A stretch of 54,893 nucleotides of DNA from a virus (Duplodnaviria > Caudoviricetes): the IMG/VR virus record IMGVR_UViG_3300048835_001014, positions 1-54,893 of that record; one strand, written 5' to 3'. Below are positions 1 to 9,148 of the stretch, in pieces. How positions within the stretch are numbered: the first letter of the stretch is position 1; every line of letters starts with the position of its first letter. The position numbers and the translations under genes were made by a program. The notes beneath the pieces are model-generated. The model did not search any database and was not told where the DNA came from. It saw only the letters and a program-made list of their open reading frames with translations.

Positions 1-1359
1 TCACACCCAGGCGTAGGTCAGATCCTTTTGCCAGAGGACCGACTCGATACCGTCACAGATGGCGTACGCGCTTGCCACGGCCACGGCGTGCTCGTGAAAC
101 ATCCTCGCGATTGTGACAACCTCTCGGACAACAGGTTCGGCGCCTGCAACCTCTCGAATAACAGCGATGTGCGAGATGTCGTTGGCACGGTCCTGTCCAA
201 TCTCTTCGGTGATCGCGAGAACGTATCGTGCAGGCAGGATTGTGTTCCGCGTTCGCTCACGTGCTGACGTCGCGGTTGCGCGGACCTGCGTGTCGAAGAG
301 ATCTGTCGCATAGCTGAAAACTGACGTTGGCTCGGTTGGTTCACCGTTGATGGCACGCCAATCCTCCCAGCCTTCGAAAGTCACAGCCATTGGCACGTAC
401 CGTCTCAACACATCACCTGAGGCAATTGCCACGGCGCGCTCCTGCTGCCAGTGGCGATAGTCGTCGAATAGAGGGCCAATCCCGCAAAACGCCTTGCTGA
501 ACCGACTCCATTCGTTTGCGTCCATCTCTGGAAAGACGAATCCTACCGGCGGGCACCGTGAAAGCCCGGTGGAATTCTCGCGTGGCCGACCCTTCTGAAA
601 GAAGTCGGATGGAATCCCCATCGGCGGCGCGGGTTTGACAAAGGTGACTCCGTCGTAGTCAAACTGTGCGTCGACGACCGGGCCCTTGATTGTGCTGGGC
701 ACAAGCGTTCCCCGCACTACGTCCGTCATGAATGCTTCGGCAAACTCATTCCATGCGCGTTTCAGCTTGTCGAATGACTTAAATGGTCGGTCCAGATTGA
801 TGGGGACGTAATCCATTGGCCAGAGAAAATAGCTATCGAATGTATCGCTGTAGAAATAACACCCTGCAACGACCACACCATCGATCCGGCTCGTGTCATT
901 GCGAACGCGGTGGGCGACCATGCGACTGAGGGAGTCATGATCAATCGCCGTGTAGCCGTTGTTGATCACAAGCAGCACTGACGCATTTGCCGATGGATGT
1001 TCTTTTTGTGACTGTTCGAGTTGTTTCCTGGCTTTTGCGACACCTGTCTTGATCGGTCCCTCCAGAATTCGATCGTACTCTCGCTGCCCTTCGCGAGGGA
1101 GCTTTTCTCGGTCCAGTACGATAACGGGGCGGTCCTCCATGTGCTGCCGAAAAAACGCCGCTAGCTTTACTTGGCGTTCCGGTTTTGCCAGTCCCTCGTC
1201 ATCGAGCGATTTCAACTCAAGCAGTGTCTCGTTGAGCAGGTAGTCTGATCCGGGCTTCTCTCGTCGATCAGCATCCGGGTGCGCACGACTTCCCCCGGCG
1301 GCAATGATTATTGCGTCGATGTCGACCTCGCTCAGCGGCCGTATCTGGAAGTGCTCCAT
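1..1359 (-). CDS. Hypothetical protein with restriction-endonuclease-like PD-(D/E)xK motif
   Basis: Long ORF; likely start MEHFQ at 1359; motif GSDYLL...LLELK followed by KARKQL; divergent from the recombinase operon. Confidence 0.55.
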   Translation of the reverse strand: MEHFQIRPLSEVDIDAIIIAAGGSRAHPDADRREKPGSDYLLNETLLELKSLDDEGLAKPERQVKLAAFFRQHMEDRPVIVLDREKLPREGQREYDRILEGPIKTGVAKARKQLEQSQKEHPSANASVLLVINNGYTAIDHDSLSRMVAHRVRNDTSRIDGVVVAGCYFYSDTFDSYFLWPMDYVPINLDRPFKSFDKLKRAWNEFAEAFMTDVVRGTLVPSTIKGPVVDAQFDYDGVTFVKPAPPMGIPSDFFQKGRPRENSTGLSRCPPVGFVFPEMDANEWSRFSKAFCGIGPLFDDYRHWQQERAVAIASGDVLRRYVPMAVTFEGWEDWRAINGEPTEPTSVFSYATDLFDTQVRATATSARERTRNTILPARYVLAITEEIGQDRANDISHIAVIREVAGAEPVVREVVTIARMFHEHAVAVASAYAICDGIESVLWQKDLTYAWV

Positions 1360-1388
1360 TGAATGCTCGGCAAAGAAAAAAAGCCGTT

Positions 1389-1420
1389 CGGACATCGGCG
1401 GCTGTCGTGGCATACATAAC
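1389..1420 (+). promoter_or_regulatory. Putative phage-sigma promoter, copy 1 (CGGACAT-N14-GCATACATAAC)
   Basis: Same bipartite motif and 14-nt spacer at 10907 and 31473; 30 nt upstream of ATG 1451. Confidence 0.7.
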
Positions 1421-1450
1421 CGGCAGGTCACTCCCCAAGGAGCCTGTCGC

Positions 1451-1657
1451 ATGCCGAATTCGCCGATCACTGATCTGACGCCGGACCAACGATTCAAACA
1501 GGTTTCCGCCATTCTCGCAAAAGGCGTCCTTCGCCACCAGCGGAGCGTGCGGCGCGGCGAATCTCGCTCCGGCGAAGAATCCTCCGAGACTTACCCCGCT
1601 GGCCTTGAGGTTCCCGGCAAAACGAGGCTCAGTGTGTCTCGTTGTATCGGTGGTTAA
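1451..1657 (+). CDS. Small hypothetical protein preceding DUF2924
   Basis: AAGGAG RBS; MPNSPITDLTPDQRFKQVSAILAKGVLR resembles the small genes that precede DUF2924/recombinase pairs. Confidence 0.65.
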   Translation: MPNSPITDLTPDQRFKQVSAILAKGVLRHQRSVRRGESRSGEESSETYPAGLEVPGKTRLSVSRCIGG

Positions 1658-1685
1658 CGAACCCCAAGTACCAGAGAGGTTTGCC

Positions 1686-2162
1686 ATGAAAATTGACATT
1701 GACCGCGAAGTGGCGGCGCTGGAAGGGATGTCCACGGGACAGCTCTGCGAGCGTTACGCCGAACTGTTTGGCCAGCCGGTTCGCACTCGGCACCGGGCCT
1801 ACCTGATTCGCAAGATCGCCTGGCGACTGCAGGCCGTGGCGGAAGGCGACCTGACCGAGCGGGCGCGGCGGCGGGCCGAGGAATTGGCCGACGACGCCGA
1901 AGTTCGCGTCATGCCGCCCAAGGCGGCAACGCCGCAGCCGGCCACGCTGAAAGTGACAGACGCGGCGGCCGACCCGCGACTTCCCGCCCCCGGCACCGCG
2001 ATCGTCCGCAAGTACAAGGGGCGCACGCTGCGGGTGCTCGTCGTCGCAGATGGGTTTGAATGCGAAGGCCAACGGTACACATCGCTGTCCGCCGTGGCGA
2101 AGGCCATCACGGGATCGCACTGTAACGGCTTTCGGTTCTTCAACTTGGAGGCCGCGAAATGA
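1686..2162 (+). CDS. DUF2924 domain protein (recombinase-associated)
   Basis: GAGG RBS; YLIRKIAWRLQ, PGTAIVRKYKG, YTSLSAVAKAITGSHCNGFRFF motifs. Confidence 0.9.
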   Translation: MKIDIDREVAALEGMSTGQLCERYAELFGQPVRTRHRAYLIRKIAWRLQAVAEGDLTERARRRAEELADDAEVRVMPPKAATPQPATLKVTDAAADPRLPAPGTAIVRKYKGRTLRVLVVADGFECEGQRYTSLSAVAKAITGSHCNGFRFFNLEAAK

Positions 2163-3727
2163 GCCGCACAAAACCAAAATCGCCCGCCGGCCCCGTTGTG
2201 CGATGCGCCATCTACACGCGGAAATCGACCGAGGAGGGACTCGAGCAGGAATTCAATACGCTTGACGCCCAGCGCGAATCTGGCGAGGCGTACATCGTCA
2301 GCCAGAAGAACGAAGGCTGGGAGTGCCTGGCCGAGCACTACGACGACGGCGGATTCACCGGCGGAAATATGGATCGGCCTGCGCTTCGCCGGCTGCTGGC
2401 GGACATCGAGGCCGGCAAGGTTGACTGTGTCGTGGTCTACAAAGTGGACCGGCTCAGTCGGTCGCTGTTGGACTTCGCCAAGATCATGGAAGTGTTCGAC
2501 CAGCGTAAGGTCGCCTTCGTCTCCGTCACGCAGCAGTTCAACACTTCCACGCCGATGGGTCGGCTGGTGCTGAACGTGCTCTTGTCGTTCGCCCAGTTTG
2601 AGCGCGAGATCATCGGCGAGCGCATCCGCGACAAGATCGCCGCCCAGCGCCGCAGGGGAAAGTGGACGGGCGGCTTTCCCGTCCTGGGCTACGACGTCGA
2701 CCGAAGCGGCGGTAGTCCCAAGCTTGTGGTCAACTCCGGCGAGGCTCGCCGCGTCCACGAGGTTTTCGAGCTGTACCTGTCGCTCGGTTCGATGTTGCCA
2801 GTCGTCGAGGAACTCGAACGCCGCGGCTGGCTCAACAAGCAATGGACGACGAAGAAGGGCGCGATCAAAGGCGGCGGCCCGTTCGACCGAGGCAGCCTGT
2901 ACGCCCTTCTGACCAACCCGCTGTACATCGGCAAGGTGAAGCACAAGGACGACGTGTTCGCGGGCGAGCACGAAGCAATCATCGCGGCCGATATCTTTCA
3001 GAAGGTGCAGGCGTTGCTCCAACGCAACGGCCGCACGGGCGGCGTCGAAGTGCGGAACAAGTACGGCGCACTACTGCGGGGTTTGCTGATCTGCGGGAAT
3101 TGCGACCACACGATGGTCCACAACTTCACGGGGCGCGGAGGTAAGCGATACCGCTACTACACTTGCACGCACGCCATCAAGAACGGCCGCAAGAAGTGCC
3201 AGTCGGGATCGCTGCCCGCCGCTGAGATTGAACGGGTGGTCGTCGATCAAATCCGCTGCATCGCGGACGATCCGGCCTTGCGCAACGAGGTGCTCCAACA
3301 GGCCCAAGCAAAACTCGACGCCGAACTGAACGAACTCGGCACGGAGCGCCGTCGGGTCGAGAAGGAACTGGCGTGGCATCACGCAGAGATTCTGAAGCTG
3401 GCGGTCGACGGGGCGGCCAGCAGCGCGACCACCGCCCGCATCGCCGACCTGCACGACCAGGTAGCCCGCGGCGAAACCCGCTTGGCAGAATTGCGCAACG
3501 ACATCGCCGAACGCGAGAAGGACCAGCTCAATGCGGCGGACATCGAGGCGGCATTCGCCGACTTCGACAGCATCTGGGAATCCCTCACTCCACGTGAACA
3601 GGCCCAACTCATCGCCCTGCTCGTAGCCCGTGTCGAATTCGACGCCGCCGGGAGCACGATCGAGATTTCGTTTCACCCGTCGGCCATCAAGGCGTTGGCC
3701 GAACGCCAGCACGGAGAGGCAGCATGA
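2159..3727 (+). CDS. Large serine recombinase (integrase)
   Basis: CAIYTRKST catalytic Ser, VYKVDRLSRS, recombinase domain, CGNC...YYTC zinc ribbon, coiled coil; ATGA overlap. Confidence 0.97.
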   Translation: MSRTKPKSPAGPVVRCAIYTRKSTEEGLEQEFNTLDAQRESGEAYIVSQKNEGWECLAEHYDDGGFTGGNMDRPALRRLLADIEAGKVDCVVVYKVDRLSRSLLDFAKIMEVFDQRKVAFVSVTQQFNTSTPMGRLVLNVLLSFAQFEREIIGERIRDKIAAQRRRGKWTGGFPVLGYDVDRSGGSPKLVVNSGEARRVHEVFELYLSLGSMLPVVEELERRGWLNKQWTTKKGAIKGGGPFDRGSLYALLTNPLYIGKVKHKDDVFAGEHEAIIAADIFQKVQALLQRNGRTGGVEVRNKYGALLRGLLICGNCDHTMVHNFTGRGGKRYRYYTCTHAIKNGRKKCQSGSLPAAEIERVVVDQIRCIADDPALRNEVLQQAQAKLDAELNELGTERRRVEKELAWHHAEILKLAVDGAASSATTARIADLHDQVARGETRLAELRNDIAEREKDQLNAADIEAAFADFDSIWESLTPREQAQLIALLVARVEFDAAGSTIEISFHPSAIKALAERQHGEAA

Positions 3728-4128
3728 TCAAGGTCAAGCAGAAGGTCCGATTCACCCGCAGCAACGCCGGTCGCCGCCGCATTGTGGACTCGCCCCCTGG
3801 GGAGTCGCCGACACCCGCTGGCCGCGTCCCCCGCGTGGCCAAGCTGATGGCACTGGCGATCCGGTTCGACGACCTGCTGCGCGACGGCGTGGTTTCTGAC
3901 CAAAGCGAATTGGCGCGGCTGGCCAAGGTGACACAGCCGCGCATGACCCAGATAATGAATTTGCTGCATCTGGATGCCCGAATCCAGGAAGAACTGTTGT
4001 TTCTCCCAAAGGTGGAGGCCGGTCGGGACCCAATTCACGAGAAGCTGCTGCGACCGATTGCGGCCGAGGTCAGTTGGCGGAAGCAACGCGAAATGTGGGC
4101 GAAACTGCGAGCGGAACGCGGGGCCTGA
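3724..4128 (+). CDS. Recombinase-associated hypothetical HTH protein
   Basis: ATGA overlap; ELARLAKVTQPRMTQIMNLLHL HTH-like segment. Confidence 0.8.
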   Translation: MIKVKQKVRFTRSNAGRRRIVDSPPGESPTPAGRVPRVAKLMALAIRFDDLLRDGVVSDQSELARLAKVTQPRMTQIMNLLHLDARIQEELLFLPKVEAGRDPIHEKLLRPIAAEVSWRKQREMWAKLRAERGA

Positions 4129-4258
4129 GTTGGCGACGATCCGGAATTGATCTGGGCAAGCTCGCCGTAAGTCGTTACCAATCAACCAGAAAGCGTCAAG
4201 ATCGCTTGTCGATTCATACAATTGTTCACTACGATGCAAGAAAACGTGGAGGCGACCG

Positions 4259-5086
4259 ATGAGCGCGAACTCCAAAATCGAATGGACGGACGCGACCTGG
4301 AACCCCGTCCGCGGTTGCACCAAGATCAGCCCTGGCTGCGCCCACTGCTACGCCGAGACGTTTGCCGAACGGTTCCGTGGCGTGCTGGGACACCCCTACG
4401 AGCAAGGCTTTGATCTGCGGCTCGTGCCCGAAAAACTGACCGAGCCCATTTCCTGGTCGAAGCAGCGGATGGTGTTCGTGAACTCCATGAGCGATCTCTT
4501 CCACAAAGATGTGCCCGACGACTACATCGTGCTGGTCGCGAAGATCATGGCGGCGGCGGACTGGCACGTCTACCAGGTGCTTACCAAACGGTCGGAACGT
4601 CTGCGCGACATGCTCCAGACGAAACTTCGCTTCGCGGCGGAACTGCCTCATATCTGGTGGGGCGTGAGCGTGGAGAACCGCCGCCACGGCGTGCCAAGAA
4701 TCGGGCACCTGCGCGACGCAAACCCGGCGATGGCGTTCCTTTCGATCGAGCCGCTTCTCGAAGCCCTCGGAACGATTGACTTACGCGGGATGAACTGGGT
4801 TATCGTTGGTGGCGAGAGTGGACCAGGTGCGCGGCCAATGCTGCGCGAATGGGTGGTGAGCATCCGCAGCCAATGCGACGAGGCCGACGTGCCCTTCTTC
4901 TTCAAACAGTGGGGCGGGGTCAGGAAGAAGGCAACTGGCCGTGAGCTCGACGACCACACGTATGACGACTATCCTCGCGTTACGCGCAACGCGGTGCCTG
5001 CCGCGTCAACTAGAAAAGAGCTGGTCGAGCAGTATCAGGCTGCGTGGCCGCAAATCTCGCGGTCCAACTGTAAACAGACGGCTTGA
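4259..5086 (+). CDS. Phage Gp37/Gp68 family (DUF5131) three-Cys protein
   Basis: SKIEWTDATWNP, GCTKISPGCAHCYA, FVNSMSDLFH, WVIVGGESG, FFFKQWGG. Confidence 0.95.
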   Translation: MSANSKIEWTDATWNPVRGCTKISPGCAHCYAETFAERFRGVLGHPYEQGFDLRLVPEKLTEPISWSKQRMVFVNSMSDLFHKDVPDDYIVLVAKIMAAADWHVYQVLTKRSERLRDMLQTKLRFAAELPHIWWGVSVENRRHGVPRIGHLRDANPAMAFLSIEPLLEALGTIDLRGMNWVIVGGESGPGARPMLREWVVSIRSQCDEADVPFFFKQWGGVRKKATGRELDDHTYDDYPRVTRNAVPAASTRKELVEQYQAAWPQISRSNCKQTA

Positions 5087-6355
5087 GTGTCGACCATGAG
5101 CCACGAGCACCATGACTGGAAGCTTGGTAGTGATCCCCCGCTGATTCGGCCACACAGTCAAGCCAAGCATCGTGTCCTCAGAGCTTATCTTGAACGCTAC
5201 GTGTCGGTGCTGACCGCACGAATCCAGCAAGACAGTTTTCGACTGACTCTGATTGACGGTTTTGCCGGTGGCGGGCGCTACCTGGATTCGCGCACCAAAG
5301 AAGAACGTCCGGGTTCTCCGCTGATCATGCTCGAGGCTATGGAGCAGGCGGCCGAAGACGCCCAGAAGATCAGGACGAAGCCGTTTAACCTCGATGTGCA
5401 GTACATCTTCATTGAAAAGGATCGCGAGGCGCTCGACTATCTGCAGCAGGTCCTCGCAGAATCGAAGTACGCGCCGCTGATTGGCGACCGAGTCCAACTG
5501 ATCCACGGAGAATTTACGGCGCAGGTACCGGAAATCGCGAAGTTCGTGAAGAAACGCGGACGGGCGGGTCGTGCAATCTTTGCGCTCGATCAGTTTGGTT
5601 ACAGCGCAGTGCCGCTACCCACCATCCGCGACATTCTTGCCACGCTCGACAATGCCGAGGTGATCCTCACGTTTGCAACGGATTCGCTGATCGACTACTT
5701 GAGCGAGAACGAGCCAACGCAGAAGATCCTCGAGAAAGTCGGCATCACACTTCCTTCGAAAGACATTCGGACAGCCAAAGAGGAGCGGGAGTGGAAACGG
5801 ACGATTCAGTTCGCGCTGCACCGCGAAATCCCCGCGAGGACCGAAGCCAAGTTCTACACACCCTTCTTTATCCGGTCGACCGATGCCCACCGCGACTTCT
5901 GGCTGATCCATCTCTCAGGACACTTCCGCGCTCGCGATGTGATGGTCGGGCTGCACTGGCAGGAAAGCACTTCGTTCGCACATTATGGCCGTTCCGGTTT
6001 ACGAATGCTTGGATATGACCAAGAGCACGACGCCGAATGGACGGGGCAGAAGATGTTGCCCGGCTTCTTCTTCGACGAGACGGCGCGCGTTTCCAGCCAA
6101 GAGGAACTTTTGGAACAGTTGCCCGAAAGGATCTTCCACCACAGCGACGGCATTCAGTTCACCGAGTTGTTCTCGACTCTGACGAATGAATGTCCGGTCA
6201 CTGCCGAGATCATGAAGGGCGTCTTAAGCGATCTTACCAAGCAGGGAGTAATCCAAGTCAAAGACAAGACCGGTGCGAAGTCTCGCCGCGTGGGCATTCA
6301 ACACGACTCCGACATCATCATCCCCAGTCGCCAGTTGCGGCTGTTCTTGAAATGA
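5087..6355 (+). CDS. tcmP: Three-Cys-motif partner protein (methyltransferase-like)
   Basis: HSQAKH..L..YL, IDGFAGGG, LDQFG motifs; directly follows DUF5131; start may be ATG 5096. Confidence 0.85.
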   Translation: MSTMSHEHHDWKLGSDPPLIRPHSQAKHRVLRAYLERYVSVLTARIQQDSFRLTLIDGFAGGGRYLDSRTKEERPGSPLIMLEAMEQAAEDAQKIRTKPFNLDVQYIFIEKDREALDYLQQVLAESKYAPLIGDRVQLIHGEFTAQVPEIAKFVKKRGRAGRAIFALDQFGYSAVPLPTIRDILATLDNAEVILTFATDSLIDYLSENEPTQKILEKVGITLPSKDIRTAKEEREWKRTIQFALHREIPARTEAKFYTPFFIRSTDAHRDFWLIHLSGHFRARDVMVGLHWQESTSFAHYGRSGLRMLGYDQEHDAEWTGQKMLPGFFFDETARVSSQEELLEQLPERIFHHSDGIQFTELFSTLTNECPVTAEIMKGVLSDLTKQGVIQVKDKTGAKSRRVGIQHDSDIIIPSRQLRLFLK

Positions 6356-6421
6356 CGCCGGCCGTAACCCATTGATGCCGCATGGGTAGCACACCGTCGA
6401 ACATTTTTCTTTCCGGGAGCA

Positions 6422-6451
6422 TTGCCAAACAGGTGACCCGCGGGTTATGCT
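6422..6451 (+). promoter_or_regulatory. Putative sigma70-type promoter TTGCCA-N18-TATGCT
   Basis: Near-consensus -35/-10 upstream of hsdM remnant, XRE and ImmA genes. Confidence 0.5.
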
Positions 6452-6460
6452 ATCGCACGT

Positions 6461-6474
6461 CGTTTACTGGACAG
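6461..6474. promoter_or_regulatory. Putative repressor operator (GTTTACTGGACAG)
   Basis: 12/13 identical to 7918-7930; imperfect palindrome just downstream of the putative -10. Confidence 0.5.
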
Positions 6475-6493
6475 CAAACAAGGCGAGCGGGCG

Positions 6494-6673
6494 ATGGCCA
6501 AAAAGAAGGCAAGCAGGAAGGCGAAATCTGCGGCAAACCAACGGAGTCGCGGACCTCATCAAGGAACTCTGGCAGGCGGCGGTCAACTGCCGGGGTCGAT
6601 CGAGCCGGCGGATTACAAGCGGTACGCTCTACCGATCATCTTTCTCCGGTTCTTCTCCCTGCGATACGAGCGG
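6494..6673 (+). pseudogene. hsdM: Frameshifted, truncated type I R-M methyltransferase N-terminus
   Basis: LIKELWQAAVN in one frame joins GSIEPADYKRYALPIIFLRFFSLRYE in another, giving the HsdM N-terminal signature; similarity stops after about 60 codons. Confidence 0.8.
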
Positions 6674-6757
6674 CAAGGCCCTTTACGCAGACTGGCCAGC
6701 GACGGTGGCCGCATAGCCGTCTCGACCGTCGTTGCCATAACATGGAAGCCATAGTCG

Positions 6758-7120
6758 ATGGGAAAGACAACAGAAACCTTTGGCCAGTACATCCGCCGGC
6801 GGCGAATGGACAAGCAATTCACGCTGCGAGCGTTTGCCCGCCGGGTCGGCGTGAGCCCAACCTATATGTCGCAAGTCGAGCAGGATGTCGCCGATCCGCC
6901 GACGGCCGAACGTGTACAGAAGATGGCTGAACTCCTGGATGAAGATGCCGATGAGTTGATCGCGATGGCAGGACGGCTGCCGGAGGATTTGCCGGAGATC
7001 ATTCAAAGCCGCGCGTCGGAAATGCCGAAGCTGCTCCGCGAGGCAAGCGGATTGACGCCGGCCCAATTGGAACAAGTGCAAGAGCAGATTCGGAAACTTA
7101 AGGAGAAGGGGGACGAATGA
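6758..7120 (+). CDS. XRE-family HTH repressor (ImmR-like)
   Basis: FGQYIRRRR...TLRAFARRVGVSPTYMSQVE. Confidence 0.92.
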   Translation: MGKTTETFGQYIRRRRMDKQFTLRAFARRVGVSPTYMSQVEQDVADPPTAERVQKMAELLDEDADELIAMAGRLPEDLPEIIQSRASEMPKLLREASGLTPAQLEQVQEQIRKLKEKGDE

Positions 7121-7881
7121 TGGCGCGTCGTGTTGCCGCTCCGCGTGGTGAAGTTCCGTTTCTTCATGAAAAGTCGATTGAGGCTGAGGCCGAGTTGGTG
7201 CTTGGCGAATATGCTGAGAAATTCGGCCCGATCGTGGTCCCTCCGACTCCAATCGAGCAGATCGCGGAGATGCTCCTGCAGCTCGTGCTCGAGTTCAAGG
7301 ACATGAAGGCGCTGTTTCCCTTTGCCGACGTGCATGGGGCGATCTGGTTCACCGAGGGGCGGATCGGCATCGAGCAGCGGTTGGAGCCGCAGGCGAATCC
7401 CTCACGGCGGGGCCGTTACCATTTCACGCTGGCGCACGAAGTCGGCCATTGGCGGTTGCACCGCAGCCACTACCAGCAGAACCCGGCCGAGCGCCGGTTG
7501 TTCGACGACGGAACGCCCAAGCCGGACGTCGTCTGCCGGTCCAGCGAACGAAAAAAGCCGGTGGAATGGCAGGCAGACAACTTCGCGAGTTGCCTGCTGA
7601 TGCCGCGCAAGCTGATCTACGATGCCTGGCATCGGTTCCGCAGTAGCGACGGCCCCGTGACGATTGCGGAAATCCGCCGCCAATACGTGAGCTTGTTGGC
7701 AGTCGAGCCGTTTGTGCATCGCGGGAAGCTGGTGACCACCGAGGCTGAGAAAGACAACGCGGTCAAAGAGGAGTTTAGCCGTCCGCTTGCTGACGAATTC
7801 CAGGTTTCCCCAGAAGCCATGCGCATTCGCTTGGAGACATTGAAACTGATCGTGAATGAGAAACCCACGATGCTGTTCTAG
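7117..7881 (+). CDS. ImmA/IrrE-family metallopeptidase
   Basis: FTLAHEVGH, EWQADNFASCLLMP, FQVSPEAMRIRL. Confidence 0.95.
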   Translation: MMARRVAAPRGEVPFLHEKSIEAEAELVLGEYAEKFGPIVVPPTPIEQIAEMLLQLVLEFKDMKALFPFADVHGAIWFTEGRIGIEQRLEPQANPSRRGRYHFTLAHEVGHWRLHRSHYQQNPAERRLFDDGTPKPDVVCRSSERKKPVEWQADNFASCLLMPRKLIYDAWHRFRSSDGPVTIAEIRRQYVSLLAVEPFVHRGKLVTTEAEKDNAVKEEFSRPLADEFQVSPEAMRIRLETLKLIVNEKPTMLF

Positions 7882-7901
7882 GGAACGGCGTCCCTTTTTT
7901 T
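7880..7901 (+). terminator. Weak intrinsic terminator after immA-like gene
   Basis: GGGA/TCCC stem followed by T7. Confidence 0.35.
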
Positions 7902-7913
7902 GCACCCGGCGTC

Positions 7914-7932
7914 CACTGTTTACTAGACAGTG
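7914..7932. promoter_or_regulatory. Putative repressor operator (CACTGTTTACTAGACAGTG)
   Basis: CACTGT-N7-ACAGTG palindrome; core repeated at 6462. Confidence 0.55.
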
Positions 7933-7960
7933 TTTCGCCCTAACACAAGGAGGCCAACGA

Positions 7961-9148
7961 ATGGCCAAGGCATTTGATTTGAGGAAACAACTTAAGCTCC
8001 ACGACAACGGTCTCCTGCGGCGATTGTTCGGCGACCAAGAGGAGATGTCAACCATTGATTGGCAGGCGCTCAAGAAGCACGATGTCGAACCGATCGCCGA
8101 GGCGTGGGAAGCGATGCCGGACCCTCGCCGCCGGCACTTCCAGGTCATCCTGCAGGACGTCAACGAACTGTCCGACCCGCGCGGCCAGAAGGTTCTCATC
8201 GAAGAACTGGAATGGCAGTCGCCGGAAAAGATGGTGGCGTTCCAGGCATGTGCGAGCCCGGCTGACAAGGCGCTTTGGACTTACTTCGAGTCCCGTGATG
8301 CATTTGATTCGGCAGCCATTTTCGCCAGAGCCGAGGCCATGCGCGGTGGGCAATACTCCAATCGCTGGAACAGCCTGCCGGCAGATCCGATCATCGTCAC
8401 GGAGGCGATGAAGTCTGCATTGCAGAACGAAGTACGTGATTACTACTGGAAGAAAGAATTGCGAGGCCAGGTTTGCCGTGTACATCACTACGCGCGTGCC
8501 GGCGGCGCGGAGTTCTTCTTCGCCTACCTGCCGGACTGGCCCGACAAGCTGCTGATTTTCGACGAGGAAGGTAATCTCACGCCGCGCGAGGAGAGCTACA
8601 CGTTCAACAACGTGTTCGTCTATGTTCCGGCCGAGGGTGCCGTCGAACTGATCGCCAAAGGCGGCAAGCCCGTTCAAAAGGAGCTCCGCAAGGCATTTTG
8701 CCGAGCGGTGTTGGGCATCGAGGTCGACGACGCTGAGCCGGACAAGCCGAGCTATCAGCTTGATCACCTGCTCGATCCCGACTTCGCGTTCACCACGGAG
8801 ACCGCGGATCGCATCGCCTATGTGCGACTGCGGCGCATTCGCCTGCTGCCGAAGGTGAACGTGCCGGCCATCGAACACCTGGAACCGAAGTTCTCCGAAC
8901 ATGCGAACCGCTCTGAAGTGATGGACGCCATCCAGCGGTTGCTCGGGGCCTATGCCTTGGACCGCACTCAGGTCCGCGTGATGCAGGTGGGCATTCAATT
9001 GGTGTTCATCAGCGACGGAGGCAAGAAGCCAAAGACGATGACATTCAACGTCACTTGCCCGAATACATCCGACCTGAGAACTCGGCCGGATGATGTTCGC
9101 GTCATCGGCGAGCGGTGCGTCAAGCGATGGGGGATTCTCTGTGAATGA
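7961..9148 (+). CDS. Hypothetical protein
   Basis: AAGGAGG RBS, ATG 7961, about 395 aa; no motif recognised. Confidence 0.85.
   Translation: MAKAFDLRKQLKLHDNGLLRRLFGDQEEMSTIDWQALKKHDVEPIAEAWEAMPDPRRRHFQVILQDVNELSDPRGQKVLIEELEWQSPEKMVAFQACASPADKALWTYFESRDAFDSAAIFARAEAMRGGQYSNRWNSLPADPIIVTEAMKSALQNEVRDYYWKKELRGQVCRVHHYARAGGAEFFFAYLPDWPDKLLIFDEEGNLTPREESYTFNNVFVYVPAEGAVELIAKGGKPVQKELRKAFCRAVLGIEVDDAEPDKPSYQLDHLLDPDFAFTTETADRIAYVRLRRIRLLPKVNVPAIEHLEPKFSEHANRSEVMDAIQRLLGAYALDRTQVRVMQVGIQLVFISDGGKKPKTMTFNVTCPNTSDLRTRPDDVRVIGERCVKRWGILCE

Noticed and set aside
1360-1450. attL site
   Set aside because: Serine integrase sites lack long direct repeats and the right end is not in the window
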